64,000 nt of DNA from Puccinia triticina. Its lineage: Eukaryota. This document shows, in pieces, positions 50,263-62,585 of this stretch. The notes beneath the pieces were generated by a model that ran no database searches, was not told where the DNA came from, and worked only from the letters and a program-made list of their open reading frames with translations. The stretch spans positions 6,324,001 to 6,388,000 of the forward strand of contig CP110439.1 in the NCBI GenBank assembly GCA_026914245.1. Reading direction: 5' to 3'. Positions within the stretch are counted from its first letter, which is position 1. Each line of letters begins with the position of its first letter. Position numbers and translations under genes: made by a program.

Positions 50263-53200
50263 TAAAGAATGCACTTCACACCCGGGTACTCGCCACAAGT
50301 ACGAGTATTTGCCCAAAAAATCTCAAATTCTAGATGCCCGCACCCACACCCGCACCCACGGGCACAGGAGCGGGCAAGTACGCGCGTACTTGTTGCAAGT
50401 ACTCGCGGGTGCGCACAACGTTTTGCGGCAAAAGCTGTTCACCAGTCTCATTGCAGGCATGTATATTGTAACAACTATGTATTCTAAGATCTTTGACCTG
50501 ATTTCTCCTTCAATTTCTTGCTGTTGTTCCTTTTATTCAACTTCCATTTGTAAAGAAGCCCCTGCTTAATCTTACCATTTCTCGAATAAAAGGCCACTGT
50601 CATTCCTCTAGTGACTGACCGTGCACTGAGCCTGTGCCTCCCCAAAGAGACGTAGTCCCTGCCAAAGCTAAAAGATTGCTCCACGTCCACAGTGGTTGCT
50701 GTCAAAGATGCAGGCAAATTAGTTTCAGAAAAAATTTGTAAAGAATCTAGATAATAAGATCGCACCTGGACAGCTCAGCACATCAAGTGCCATCTGGAGC
50801 AGCCCTTTGTGAGTATTACCGGCGCTTTGTTGTTGCTTCCACCATTTGAGGGGATCGACCGGCTTTCCTTCTTTGGTCAGCGCCAACCCTTCAGCGAGCC
50901 AAATTTGAAGAGGATCGGTGAGGCTGGTTCCTCCACGGGCTTTGGAGGCCTTGATCAACCCTGCAAGGACACCTGTTGTGGGCTAGTGTACATCAAGTTA
51001 GCTTGAATGTACAAAAAACAAGAAATAACTTTTAATCACCTGAGAAGCCCGTCGACTGGGTGGCTGGCTTGTGGTTGGCTGAGTTGGAGGTTTGTAATAA
51101 GTTTCCCACATCTCGCGGGTGAGTTGAATTGCCTCGCTGATCCACTCAGGCTTCCACTTGGCTAGTTTAAAATACTCGTCTTTGAATGACGGGTGAAGAA
51201 CTGCAACAAGACAACATTTTCAGTATGGCATTTTGAGGAAAAAATACCATGAATATATATAATATCTTACCCATAGCAACTTGGTATAATGGGGAGCAGC
51301 CGGTGAGAGTGTAATACTTATTTGTTAGCTGCAGACCTGCCCGACAGGCGTTCCTTAAGGCTGACGGGTATTTTTCTTGCTTCTCAGAAATCGCAGAAGA
51401 AAGGTGACCGGTGATCTGGTTGATGAAGACCACAATTTCAGATATCCTAGCAGCACCGCTAGCCGAGACTTGCTGGGTGATATCGTAGAAGGGTTGAAGG
51501 ACCTCCACAAGGTCTCTGGCTAAATCGAGATCGTTCTTGTTGATGTGAGAGTCGCGGGAGGGGCCATGACGTTTATCTTTCTGCCAGTCAATACTAACAA
51601 AAACTTGATCATATTAGGTTTTTTTTTGTATTTGTTAGAAGAGAAATATATACTAACACGGCTGCCGAGCATCTTAAGATACTTTCCAATTGCAAAAGTG
51701 TTGAGTTCCACCTTGTTCTCACGTCCTGTGGAACGCTGTGTAGCTTTGAACACTTGTGTTCCTGACAGAGTTCAACAAAAAGAGCCTTGGAATTAGGGGA
51801 CTTCTTTAGCTTGCAAGAAATCACTCGGAACTGATCAAACCAGTTCATACTTTAGTTCAATTGAAAAGCAAGGTAGATGAACAAGGGTGGCTGACTTTGG
51901 CAAGTGTTTCTTTGCAGGATTGGGAAGTGTATCAATCAATTTCCTCTTCATCACTCAACTCTTGGACATCCTCGTCCTCGAGTTCGATCTCTTCATCGTC
52001 AATGAGCTCTGCCGCCAGAGGGGCATTCCCAGGAGGTTCTTTGGCGACCTCAATCTCAGTTTCATTTTTGGAATTGCTAATATCTTCTGTCATCCTAGGT
52101 AGGTACGTACCAAAAGGTTTAAGATCTCAGCAATGATTAATGCCAACAGAGATTGCAACAAGAATAACATGATAGAAATACAATTGTATTTGGTCCTCTG
52201 GATCTTCAAGTTCCTCGCCATCTTCAGAGCCTTCTTCAGGGGATGTGAGTTGTGTTTTTTTCTTGTGGCTTCCAAAAGGTTGCAATATGACCTGAGCAAT
52301 TAAATTTAAAATGTGAGAAAAACACCGTATCCATTGCGGTTTGCCTTTAAAACGAGGCCAACGGAAACTTCCGATCGGTCCAACCATTTTCTGGTTGTTG
52401 GTTGCGTTATCGGTTACAATCCTACAGATCTGTGAGAAAAAAAATTGAAAATGAGACCAAGACAGCTAGAAGCCGAAGAACATAAAATGAACAATGGTGC
52501 TTACCTTGTCCTTTAACCCAAACTTTTCAACAATCACCTGGATTGTTTCAGCAAGATACTCACCCGTGTGACTTTTTTCAAGTCTGACGAAGTCCAGAGG
52601 CATGGCCTCCAGACAAACACCAGTATTGTCTCCTTCAAGTTCGACCAAGCGGTAAATTACTGTTCCTAATATGTTGAACCCGTTCGGGGACTGCCAGGCA
52701 TCAAGACCTAAATACATTGCACCCTTGTGATTCTTGAAATAAAAGAAAGTCAGAAAAGTGAAACTGAGAAGAAGAAGAAATCAACAACCTTGAGAGATTC
52801 TATGAAAGACTCCTGCACGGCCGTGTATAATTGACCAATATCTTTGGATACTGCCCTATCTGTTGGTATATTTTGTATGACAACCGGGTGTAGAATCGCT
52901 TTGTGGGCATTTTCCCCAAGAGCTGAAAATGGGCGGGCCGTTTCTGCACACCAAATCACACAAAGCTGTGGTACCTATTGCAACATGAAAATCATTGTCA
53001 TACCGGCAAAACAAGCAAGCAAAATAAGCTTTTACCTCTTGGGCATCAACATCGCCGGTGCCAGAAATACCAAGAGCTGAAAGGCTTTGAGATTTTGATT
53101 CCTTTGCCTTCTTCATGCAAGTTGCAACATGCTTGGAGAGGTTGCTGGGTGAAGTATCATAAATTGGCCGGTTGATGTTGTTGCCGCAGCTGGAAATAAA

Positions 53201-54081
53201 CAATGTATTATGAAACATGAAAGGAAGGGAAAAACATTAGGTGATTTTTTGAGAAAGTACAGTTGATAAGTGAAAGAATACCTACGTTTTACACCGGTAT
53301 GCAACCATTAATCGGCCATGTTTATCCTTCTGATCGGACAGTTGCGGGGGGTCGTAATAAGCATAGCAAGGACTGAGTTGATTCGCATGGACTCTCCGCG
53401 CTTTTCCTGAGGAAAAATGGATATCCAGAGAGCCTGAGGTCAGTGTTTTGATCTAATCGGTTGAGATAATGAGTTGAAGCGGACATTACTCACTCAGCTC
53501 TTGTTCATTGGTGAGTTCCTGACACTTTGAGCCTTGAGTGCTCCCAGGATTTGGATTATCTTGGTCAGTAGCCACTAATTCTTCATCAGAATGATCCATT
53601 CAAACAATTTCTCGGTTATTTCTCTTGTGCAATTGTTGCTTGGATCGAGGTTCATCCAAATTATTGAGTTCAGATATTTCTTGGGTTTCTTGGGGTCGTC
53701 TCTTGTGGGAAGGTTTATTGGATTGAGCTGGGGTACTAGAGATGGAAGAGGTGGGTGATGACTTGCGGCGCTTCTTGCTGTTCCCGTTACCTGCCATGGT
53801 GGTGATGATATGGAATGATATGTATGTAGGCTGCACCCGCGGTAAAGATGGGATAGGCACCTGGGACAGTCCGGGGGTACATGCAGCGGCACCTCTGGTT
53901 GCCCCGCGACCAAGACCAGCTCTGGCTCCGGGTATATAGCAAGTACTTGCCTGTTTTTTAGCCCAAAAACCTGGCACCCGCACCCGCACCCGGCACCCGT
54001 GGGCAAGTACTTGTTGCAGGCCCACAAGTACTCGCCCACGGGTGCCGAGTACTTGGAAAGGAGTACTTGGTGCAATCTTTA
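50263..54081 (-). mobile_element. hAT DNA transposon (3.8 kb) with a transposase gene
   Basis: TIR TAAAGAWTGCAC. Perfect 8-bp TSD GCCCAAAG at 50255-50262 and 54082-54089. Confidence 0.93.
50484..53797 (-). pseudogene. hAT transposase, multi-exon, probably degenerate
   Basis: NLSKHVATC (BED-like), LGLDAW, RCFSHILNL, DVRTRWNST and DPLKWW..MALDVLSCP/ATTVDVEQSFS (hATC dimerisation domain, ER changed to EQ). Confidence 0.85.
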
Positions 54082-55056
54082 GCCCAAAGGCAGAACCCAA
54101 GCAGCAGCAACCGTGAATCCTAAAGAGATAGCAGGAGGTGAGCAGCAGAGTTCACAAGCTAAGAAGTAGCAAGTTCAAAGGACTAACCAGCTGACTCTGA
54201 TAAAACAGATAACGTTGGCGGCCCTGACCAAACGCATAACTCAAGCTAATTAAGGCAAGAAAAGAGGAAAACCCTCAGCCCCAAGCAAGCAAGCCTTACC
54301 AACCCCAAAATGGGAGAAAGAAGCGGAGGCTGATGCCATGACTCAACGTCAACAGATCAGCCAAAACACTGCAGAACACCAACTCTTTCTCTCCTAAAAA
54401 TAAACCCTAGAAGGTGGCCTCTAGTCTGCTTCTAGGTAAACTCTCACTTCATTTATCACTCACCCAAGCCTTTATGTCAAGATTTTTATAGCTTCTAGAA
54501 TATTTTCTAATGAAATAAAAATTCTAGTTCCTCCAAATCTCTCATCTGTCACCCCTTTGACTGGGAGGGATTTCAAAGCAACTACAGAACCTCTTTGACC
54601 AGAAGGAATCCCTTCCAGTCAAAGAGGTTAAAAAACCTCTTGAGCCGGCAGGGATTCCTTCTGGTTGAAGAGGTTACAGAACCTCTTTGACTGGAAGGAA
54701 GGCCTTCCCAGTCCTTCTGGTTGTTGGGGCATCCGCCACCTGCCCAAACAAGAGCAGGTACCCACTAAGAATACCCGGGTACCCGCTTGATTTCTCCCAG
54801 AAACACCGCAACAGCTACGCTACGCTATAAAAAGCGGCATTATAGCGTAGCGTAGCAATGTCACGCTATTCCTACAACCGCATAGCAAAAGCGGAGCAGG
54901 ATTGTTGCTACTATCAGCGGTAGCGTAGCGACAGTCCCACTATGATAAATTGGAACAAACACGCACATGCTTGCGGGTACCCGCTGACCATGGGCGGGTA
55001 CCCGCCAGTGGATAGAAGGTACTGGCAACAGGTTTGTCGGGGCCATCTCTAATACC

Positions 55057-55378
55057 AGATCGCCAAGAGGGATTCCTCTTGGCAAGCACTGTTATACACA
55101 CACCAGCTCACCAAGAGGGATTCCTCTTGGCAAGCAGGTACACACCCATCAGATCGCCAAGAGGGATTCCTCTCAGTGAGAAGGTATAAACCCACCAGCT
55201 TGCTGAGGTGGAATACTCTTGGCGAGCAGGTATATACACACCCAGCTTGCTGAGGGAGAATCATCTTGGCAAGCAGGTATACACACACCAGCTCGCCAAG
55301 AGGGATTCCTCTTGGCAAGCACTGGTATACACACACCAGCTTGCTGAAAGGGATCCCTTTTGGCGAGCAAGTATACAC
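55057..55378. repeat. Tandem ~46-48-bp hairpin units (CTCGCCAAGAGGGATTCCTCTTGGCRAG)
   Basis: About 7 copies read directly. The same unit appears at 49050-49102, on the other side of the hAT insertion. Confidence 0.75.
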
Positions 55379-56190
55379 TAGAGATCGCCAAGTGGACCCG
55401 GGTACCCGTGGCGGGTGCGGGTGGTACCTGCGGTCATTTTGGGCATATACAGATACCCGGAGGCATCCGTAAGGCGGGTACCGGCGGTACCTGTGGCGGG
55501 TATCATGGGTACTGCCTACAATTCAACCCTCTAGCCGGTCTATGCCGGCTTCAAGGGTGGTGTAACCTCTTGATGACCAACACAGGCCGGTCATCAAGGG
55601 TGTATTTACCCTCTCGATGTCCAGCACAGAGCGGACATTGGGAGGGTGTATGTACATCTGCCCTCTTGATGTCCAGTCTGTGCTGGACACCAAGAGGGCA
55701 GACAGTCTTGATGGCACAGACGGACATTGAGAGGGGTGTGTTTACCCTACCAATGTCCGGTCTGTGCCGGTCACCAAGAGTTTACACCACCCTTGAAGCC
55801 GGTATGGACCGTCATTGAGGGTGTATATACCCTCTCAGTGCCCGGTCTGGGGCGGATATCAAGAGGGATGTCTGCGTGTGAATTCTTGATGTCCGGTCTG
55901 GTCTGGACATCAAGAGTGTATGCCCTCTTGGTGTCTCTCTTGGTGAGCTGGTATCACTACCAAGATGGATGAATTTGCAATGTTTTATATTGATCAATAT
56001 AGCGTATATTGATCAATATAGCGTATATTGATCAATTTATATTGATCTTTTTTTTTATTCCTCTTGATACCTTTGTCTGTGCTCCATGTCTCCTTAATAA
56101 TCTTCTATAATATCTCTCCTTCCCCCTGTATTTGCTTCAAGCCACAGGAATCCTTTTTTTTGTCTGATAACATTCATAAATTTCTACATA

Positions 56191-56302
56191 CACCAGGAAA
56201 AAACAATGATCACTTGCCTACAAGTGACATGAGAAAGTACAAAGGCCCCTTTTTACTTTGCTATGTCACTTGCAGAAAAGTGATGATTGTTTTTTCCTGG
56301 TG
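56191..56302. mobile_element. 112-bp CACCAGG (CACTA-like) MITE
   Basis: TIR CACCAGGAAAAAACAAT, TSD ATA. The empty site is visible in the opposite arm at ~63575-63590. Confidence 0.9.
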
Positions 56303-58028
56303 ATACACCATTCAATTCTTCATGAAAAAAAGACATTGCAAGTTTTAGGATTAATCCAGAGTGGCTGAGGGGTCTCAATTTTTTTTTCTTTTTTTTTACT
56401 TCAACATTTGATGTTATCAGATGTCTCCAAATCTACTTTTTTTCAAAAAAGGAAAAACATTGACCCCTGACCTCTCGCATGATACCATCCTGCAAACATT
56501 GTTAATTTGGTTGGTCAAACTTCCTGAAGATATTGCACATCATACTTGAAGTGCTACATGCATAGAAGGCCTTTTTGAAATTAGTTTACCATGGTTTAGC
56601 ATATTTTTGTCAGGTTCTTTTTTTATCTGCTTTTGTTATCAACCACAAATTAATGAGGAATATTTCCACATAAAATTTTCATCAGACAATTCTTCTGCAT
56701 ATAAAACCCAGAAATATTGTGTTTGGGGTCACATCCATTATGCAGCAGCTACAATCTGATCAGTTGCCAAATATCACTACTTTGGTAGTTTCTTGGTGTT
56801 TCTGCCACTTTATCTCATCCCAGCATGGGAATCCTTCTTCCATATGGTTACCAAAATGTTTACAAGCCTACAAAGCTTAATTATGTACCTTTAATGACCA
56901 CAAAACCTACAAATGTAGCAGCTACAGTCTCATCAGTTCCCAAATATCACTATTTTGATAGTTTGTTGGTGTTTCTGCCACTATATTTCATCCCAGCGTG
57001 GGAATCATTCTGCCATATGGTTAAAAAAATGTTCAGAGACCCCCAAAGATTCATTATGTCCCTTTAATGACCACAAAACCCCCAAATTTAGAAGCTACAG
57101 TCTGATCAGTTCCCAAATATCACTAATTTGATAGTTTCTTGGTGTTTCTGCCACTATATCTCATCCCAGCGGGGGAATCCTTCTGCCATGTGGTTACCAG
57201 AATGTTGACAGGCCCCCAAAAATTCATCATGTACCTCTAATGATCACAAAACCCCCAAATGAAGAAGCTACAGTCTGATCAGTTCCCAAATATCACTATT
57301 ATGATAGTTTCTTGGTGTTTCTGCCACTATATCTAATCCCAGCGTGAGAATTCTTCTGCCATATTGCTACCAAATTGTTGACAAGCTCCCAAAGTTTCAT
57401 TATTTACCTTTAATGACCACAAAACCCCCAAATGTAGCAGCTACAGTCTGATCAGTTCCCAAATATTACTAATTTGGTAGTTTCTTGGTGTTTCTGCCAC
57501 TATATCTCATCCCAGCGGGGGAATCCTTTTGCCATGTGGTTACCAGAATGTTTACAGGCCCCCAAAAATTCATCATGTACCTTTAATGACCACAAAACCC
57601 CCAAATGAAGAAGCTACAGTCTGATCAGTTCCCAAATATCACTATTCTGATAGTTTCTTGGTGTTTCTGCCACTATATCTAATCACGGCGTGAGAATTCT
57701 TCTGCCACATGGCTACCAAAATGTTGACAAGCCCCCAAATTTTCATTATTTACCTTTAATGACCACAAAACCCCCAAATGTAGCAGCTACAGTCTGATCA
57801 GTTCCCAAATATCACTACTTTGGTAGTTTCTTGGTGTTTCTGCCACTTTATCTCATCCCAGCGTGGGAATCCTTCTGCTATATGGTTTCTAAAATGTTAA
57901 AAAGTTCCCAAAGATTCATCATGTACCTTTACTGACCACAAAACCTCCAAATGGAGCAGCTACAGTCTGATCAGTTCCCAAATATCACTACTTTGGTAGT
58001 TTCTTGGTCTTTAGCCACTACATCTCAT

Positions 58029-59111
58029 CACTGCAAGAAAAACTCTAGAAACTGCATGCAGTTGAGATGCAGCAAGCTTGAATCAAGCCTCAGCTCAAGC
58101 TGGAGTCAAGCATCCCAATTCCATTCTGGTGCACCTTCATTGTGTACCTTGTTCAGCATCCCAATGCTTAACATGCTGGAGTGCTCATGCAGCAGGCTGA
58201 GACAAATTTTCAACCTTGCACATGAGCATCCCCCTGAGCACCCTTTTATTTTCTTTTATAAAACACTCCATGTGCCATTGAATCCAGCCAGAATATAACA
58301 TAAAAAGGGCATGTACACATGAAAGGGATATGTACATATGAGAGGAATATGTATGCATGAAAGGGGAATGTGAGAAGGTGTATTAACACATAGAAGGGCT
58401 ATGTACACATAATGAAAGGGGTATGCATGCATGAAAGGGGTATGTATTGATGAAAGGGGTATGTATGTATGAAAGAAGTATGTATGAATGAAAGGGGTAT
58501 GTGCAGTAAGGGGTATTTGCACACAAAAGGGATATGTAAACATCAAAGGGGTATGTAAACCTGAATGATGAAAGGGTTGAAAAGGATGTAAAAAAGTCAA
58601 AGGGGAAATGCAAACATGAAAGGGTCATGAAAGCCTGGTGAAAAGGGTATGTACATATTGTGAAAGGGATACATGCACATGAAAGTGATACACGCAAATG
58701 AAAGGGATACACACACATAAAAGGGATACATGCACATAAAAAGGAAACATGTACATGAAAGGGATACACTCACATGAAAGGGTTATGTGCATATAAAGGG
58801 GTATGTACACATTATGAAAGGACTGAATATATACAAAAGGAATATGTGCATATGAAAGCAATATGTGCACATGAAAGGGGTATGTGCAAATGAAAGGGGT
58901 ATGTGCACATGAAAGGGGAATTTTCACATGAAAGCGGAATTTGCACAGGTATCAACTCAGTATTTTGGAGCCTGTACTCAGTTTTTTGTACCTTAGAATC
59001 ACTCTTGCATAAATTATGCAATGTGCATGGAAATTGAATCAACCAGTGCTTGATTCTTGCATGAGGCTTGCATCTCAACTGCAAGCGGTCTCCAGAGTTT
59101 TGCTTACAGTG
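58029..59111. mobile_element. CACTG-type (CACTA/CMC-like) non-autonomous element with ~22-bp ATGAAAGGGGTATGT repeats
   Basis: CACTG...CAGTG ends with extended inverted similarity. TSD CAT at 58026-58028 and 59112-59114. Confidence 0.85.
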
Positions 59112-60867
59112 CATCCTAGCGTGGGAATCCTTCTGCCATATGGTTACCAAAATGTTGATAGGCCCCCAAAGTTTCATTATGTCCCTTTAATAACCACAAA
59201 ACCCCCAAATGTAGAAGCTACAGTCTGATCAGTTCCCAAACATCGCTATTTTGGTAGTTCCTTGGTGTTTCTGCCACTATATCTCATCCCAGCGTGGGAA
59301 TCCTTCTGCCATATGGTTACCAAAATGTTGAAACGCCCCCAATGATTCATTACTTACCTTTAATGAACACAAAACCCCCAATTGTAGAAGCTACAGTCTG
59401 ATCAGTTCCCAAATATCACTACTTTGGTAGTTTCTTGGTTTTTCTGCCACTACATCTCATCCCAGCCTGGGAATCCTTCTGCCATATGGTTACAAAAATG
59501 TTGACAGGCCTCCAATGATTTATTATGTACCTTTACATGACCACAAAACCCACAATATAGCAGCTACAGTCTGATCAGCTTCCAAATATCACTACTTTGG
59601 TAGTTCCTTGGTGTTTCTTCCACTATATCTCATTGAAGCGTGGGAATTCTTCTGCAATATTACATTTGGGGGTTTTGTGGTCATTCAAGGTACATAATGA
59701 AAATTTGGGGGCTTGTTTACATCTTGGTAACTATATGGCAGAAGAATTCCCACCCTGGGATGAGATATAGTGGCAGAAACACCAACAAACTACCAAAGTA
59801 GTGATATTTGGGAACTGATCAGACTGTAGCTGCTACTGTTGGAGGTTTTGTAGAATTCCCCGCTGGGATGAGATATAGTGGCAGAAACACCAAGAAACTA
59901 CCAAAGTAGTGATACTTGGAAACTGATCAGACTGCAGCTGCCACATTGGGGGGTTTTGTGGTCAGTAAAGGTACATAATGAAACTTTGGGGGCTTCTCAA
60001 CATTTTGGTAGCCACATGTCAGAAGAATTCTCACGCTGGGATGAGATATAGTGGCAGAAACAACAAGGAACTACCAAAGTAGTGATATTTGGGAACTGAT
60101 CAGACTGTAGCTGCTACATTTGGGGGTTTTGTGGTCAGTAAAATTACATTATGAACTTTTGGGGGCTTGTAGACATTTTTACAACCATATGGCAGAAGGA
60201 TTCCCACGCTGGGATGAGATATAGTGGCAGAAAGACCAAGAAACTACCAAAGTAGTGATATTTGGGAACTGATCAGACTGTAGCTATGGCAGAAGAGGTA
60301 AGGACTTGGAATGAGTACTTCACTAAGACGGCTCAAGGGGAGTGCAACGGCGGGCACAAGGCCAAAAAGAGTTCCAGCTCCAATGGGTCGGGGGATAGAT
60401 TTCTAGCATCAACAGAGAAGTCATCTGATGACTCTCTCTGTTAGTATCTATCTACAATTGAGAAATTAAAAGGAAGGAACTCTTACCTAGCATCAACAGA
60501 GAAGTCGTCCAATGATTTTCTGCCTAGCTAGGTAAAGGAAAGGAAGAGCTATTTCTAGGGCGGAGGACGGGACCGGCACAGGGGCTGTGATACTTTTGTG
60601 AAGTCTGTGCAAGGCGCGGGCTTTACGGAAGAATTCCCACACTGGGATGAGATATAGTGGCAGAAACACCAAGAAGCTACCAAAGTAGTGATATTTGGGA
60701 ACTGATCAGACTGTAGCTTCTACATTTGGGGGTTTTGTGGTCATCAAGGGTACATAATGAATCTTTGGGGGCCTGTAAACATTTTGGTAACCATATGGCA
60801 GAAGGATTCCCACGCTGGGGTGAGATATAGTGGCAGAAAGACCAAGAAACTACCTAAGTATAGATAT

Positions 60868-62585
60868 CAAGGCTGAAACGCTGCGCTGCAATACAAAATA
60901 AGCAGTCTTTTAGCGCAGCGCAGCGGGGAACCCCTGCGCGGTCAGCCCAAAAAGCGGTAGCGCAGCGCCAGTCCCGCTGCGCTACCGCTGAAAATAGCGG
61001 GGGCCCTCTTTTTCCCCGACCCAAATAGCGGTAGCGCAGCGGACAGTGTGGTATGCTTTATGGTTCAGCCATCTAGCCCATTTCAAAATTTTCCATTTTC
61101 TCATATGTACACTCACAAATCAACCAATACGGCAACACCATTGGATTCTACGGCCAAAACTACACAGGACACCATGGACAACACACCTTACGTCCCTCTG
61201 GATCAGAAGATACACCCCCTTCAAGACACCATTGGCCAGTTTCACGCACACAAACACCATACTCAGATCATGTAATCCGTTACATGAACCACCCTTACCC
61301 AGGACCATGTAATCTGTTACATGGTCCACTCTGACACTTGTCTACCCTTTACATATGCTTTACCTCATCAGCTGCACTCATTACATTGTCTTATGCAGGC
61401 TTATGCAGTCTTATGCAGTCTTATGCAGTCTTATGCAGTCTTATGCAGTCTTATGCAGGCTGCATGCAGACTAGTGTAATAGGGGCTGCAGTTCATGCAG
61501 GTGTCAAGCTAGCAAAAACCCCTCAGTTGACAGCTCAGGCTAGCTAAATTCCCTTGTATGACATCATTTGACAGCAGGTGACAGACAGGGGCAGTACAGA
61601 TGATCAGATGACCCAATGACATCATACGTCAATGACATCATAGTCACCTCCATTTTCTCACCAGCTAAATTCCCTCATCACTACATCATGTGACCTGTCA
61701 ATCAGGCTAAATTCCCTCATCTAGGCTGTACCACCAGCCAAGATCCCTCATTTGACAGCTCAGGGCAGCTAAAATCCCTCATTCCCTGGTTCCCCTGGAG
61801 CTAAAATCCCTCACTCTTTTCTACTTAAGGAGGCTTTCCTCCCCCCAGTTGTAATTTCTCTCAGCAAACTACTTGCACTCAGCTTACCCCATAACAGTAC
61901 ATCAAATTGCTCACTCTACAGTATTAGCCCCCACTATATTGTGATTTTACCCTTATTACATAACAATTACATACATACAACAACACTGTTGATCGCTCAA
62001 TCATCATCAACCCCGGGCTCTGTCAGGGTGTTCCACAACCTCTTTGCGGCAACACACAACTCACTCAGCACCGGTTACATCACCCATATCCCCTAAGCCA
62101 CTTGTTCAACGTAGGCTATCTTTTGATACACCTCCACTATCACTACATAAACCTTCCAATCGTAGATTGGGGGGCTTGTTTTAGTGTCTAATGACCCAGG
62201 AAAGGCAGAGGTAACCTGATTCATCCCTTTCCGCACTCAGCAAAAGGTTCTCAGGAACACTTTTGAGCTTCACAACGGGGCCGCTCCTTTCAGCGCCGCG
62301 CAGCGGCCACCAAAACAGCTGCGCTTTGCGCTGCGCTGCGCTTTTTAGGCTGCCAGCGGGGGAGCGCTACGCGGCCAGGTCAAAAAGAGGTAGCGCAGCA
62401 ATGGTTCCCCTGCGCTACCGCTGAAAGTAGCGGGTTCCTGCTTCTTGCCAGACCCAAAAAGCGGTAGCGCAGCGGGCGGGGCCGCTACTTTCAGCGCAGC
62501 GGGCTGGGCCGCTACTTTCAGCGCAGCGCAGCAGCCACCAAAACCGCTGCGCTGCGCTTTTTGAAGTGCAGCGCTTTCACCCTTG
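60868..62585. mobile_element. hAT-like MITE (GCGCAGCG-rich) inserted in the satellite
   Basis: TIR CAAGG(C/G)TGAAA(G)CGCTGC. It is inserted at the satellite site GTGATATT; the left copy of the duplication is degenerate. Confidence 0.7.
61047..62274 (+). mobile_element. Solo LTR (1228 bp), related to 10929-12048
   Basis: TGTG...CACA ends. 4-bp TSD ACAG/ACGG. Internal (TTATGCAGTC)n at 61391-61460. Confidence 0.78.

Larger units (their letters stand above)
49508..54544. mobile_element. Solo LTR (~1.2 kb once the nested hAT is removed)
   Basis: TG...CA ends. 5-bp TSD TCTGT at 49503-49507 and 54545-54549. The host repeat resumes afterwards. Confidence 0.75.
49103..55051. mobile_element. Non-autonomous hAT element hosting a solo LTR and a second hAT
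   Basis: TIR TAGAGATGGCCC. TSD ATACCAGC/ATACCAGA (7 of 8 match). Internal GAAGGAATCCTTC palindromic repeats. Confidence 0.8.

Noticed and set aside
58256..58927. Cys/His/Tyr/Pro-rich ORFs (YPFH repeats)
   Set aside because: They are translations of a degenerate ~22-bp repeat inside a MITE, open in several frames.
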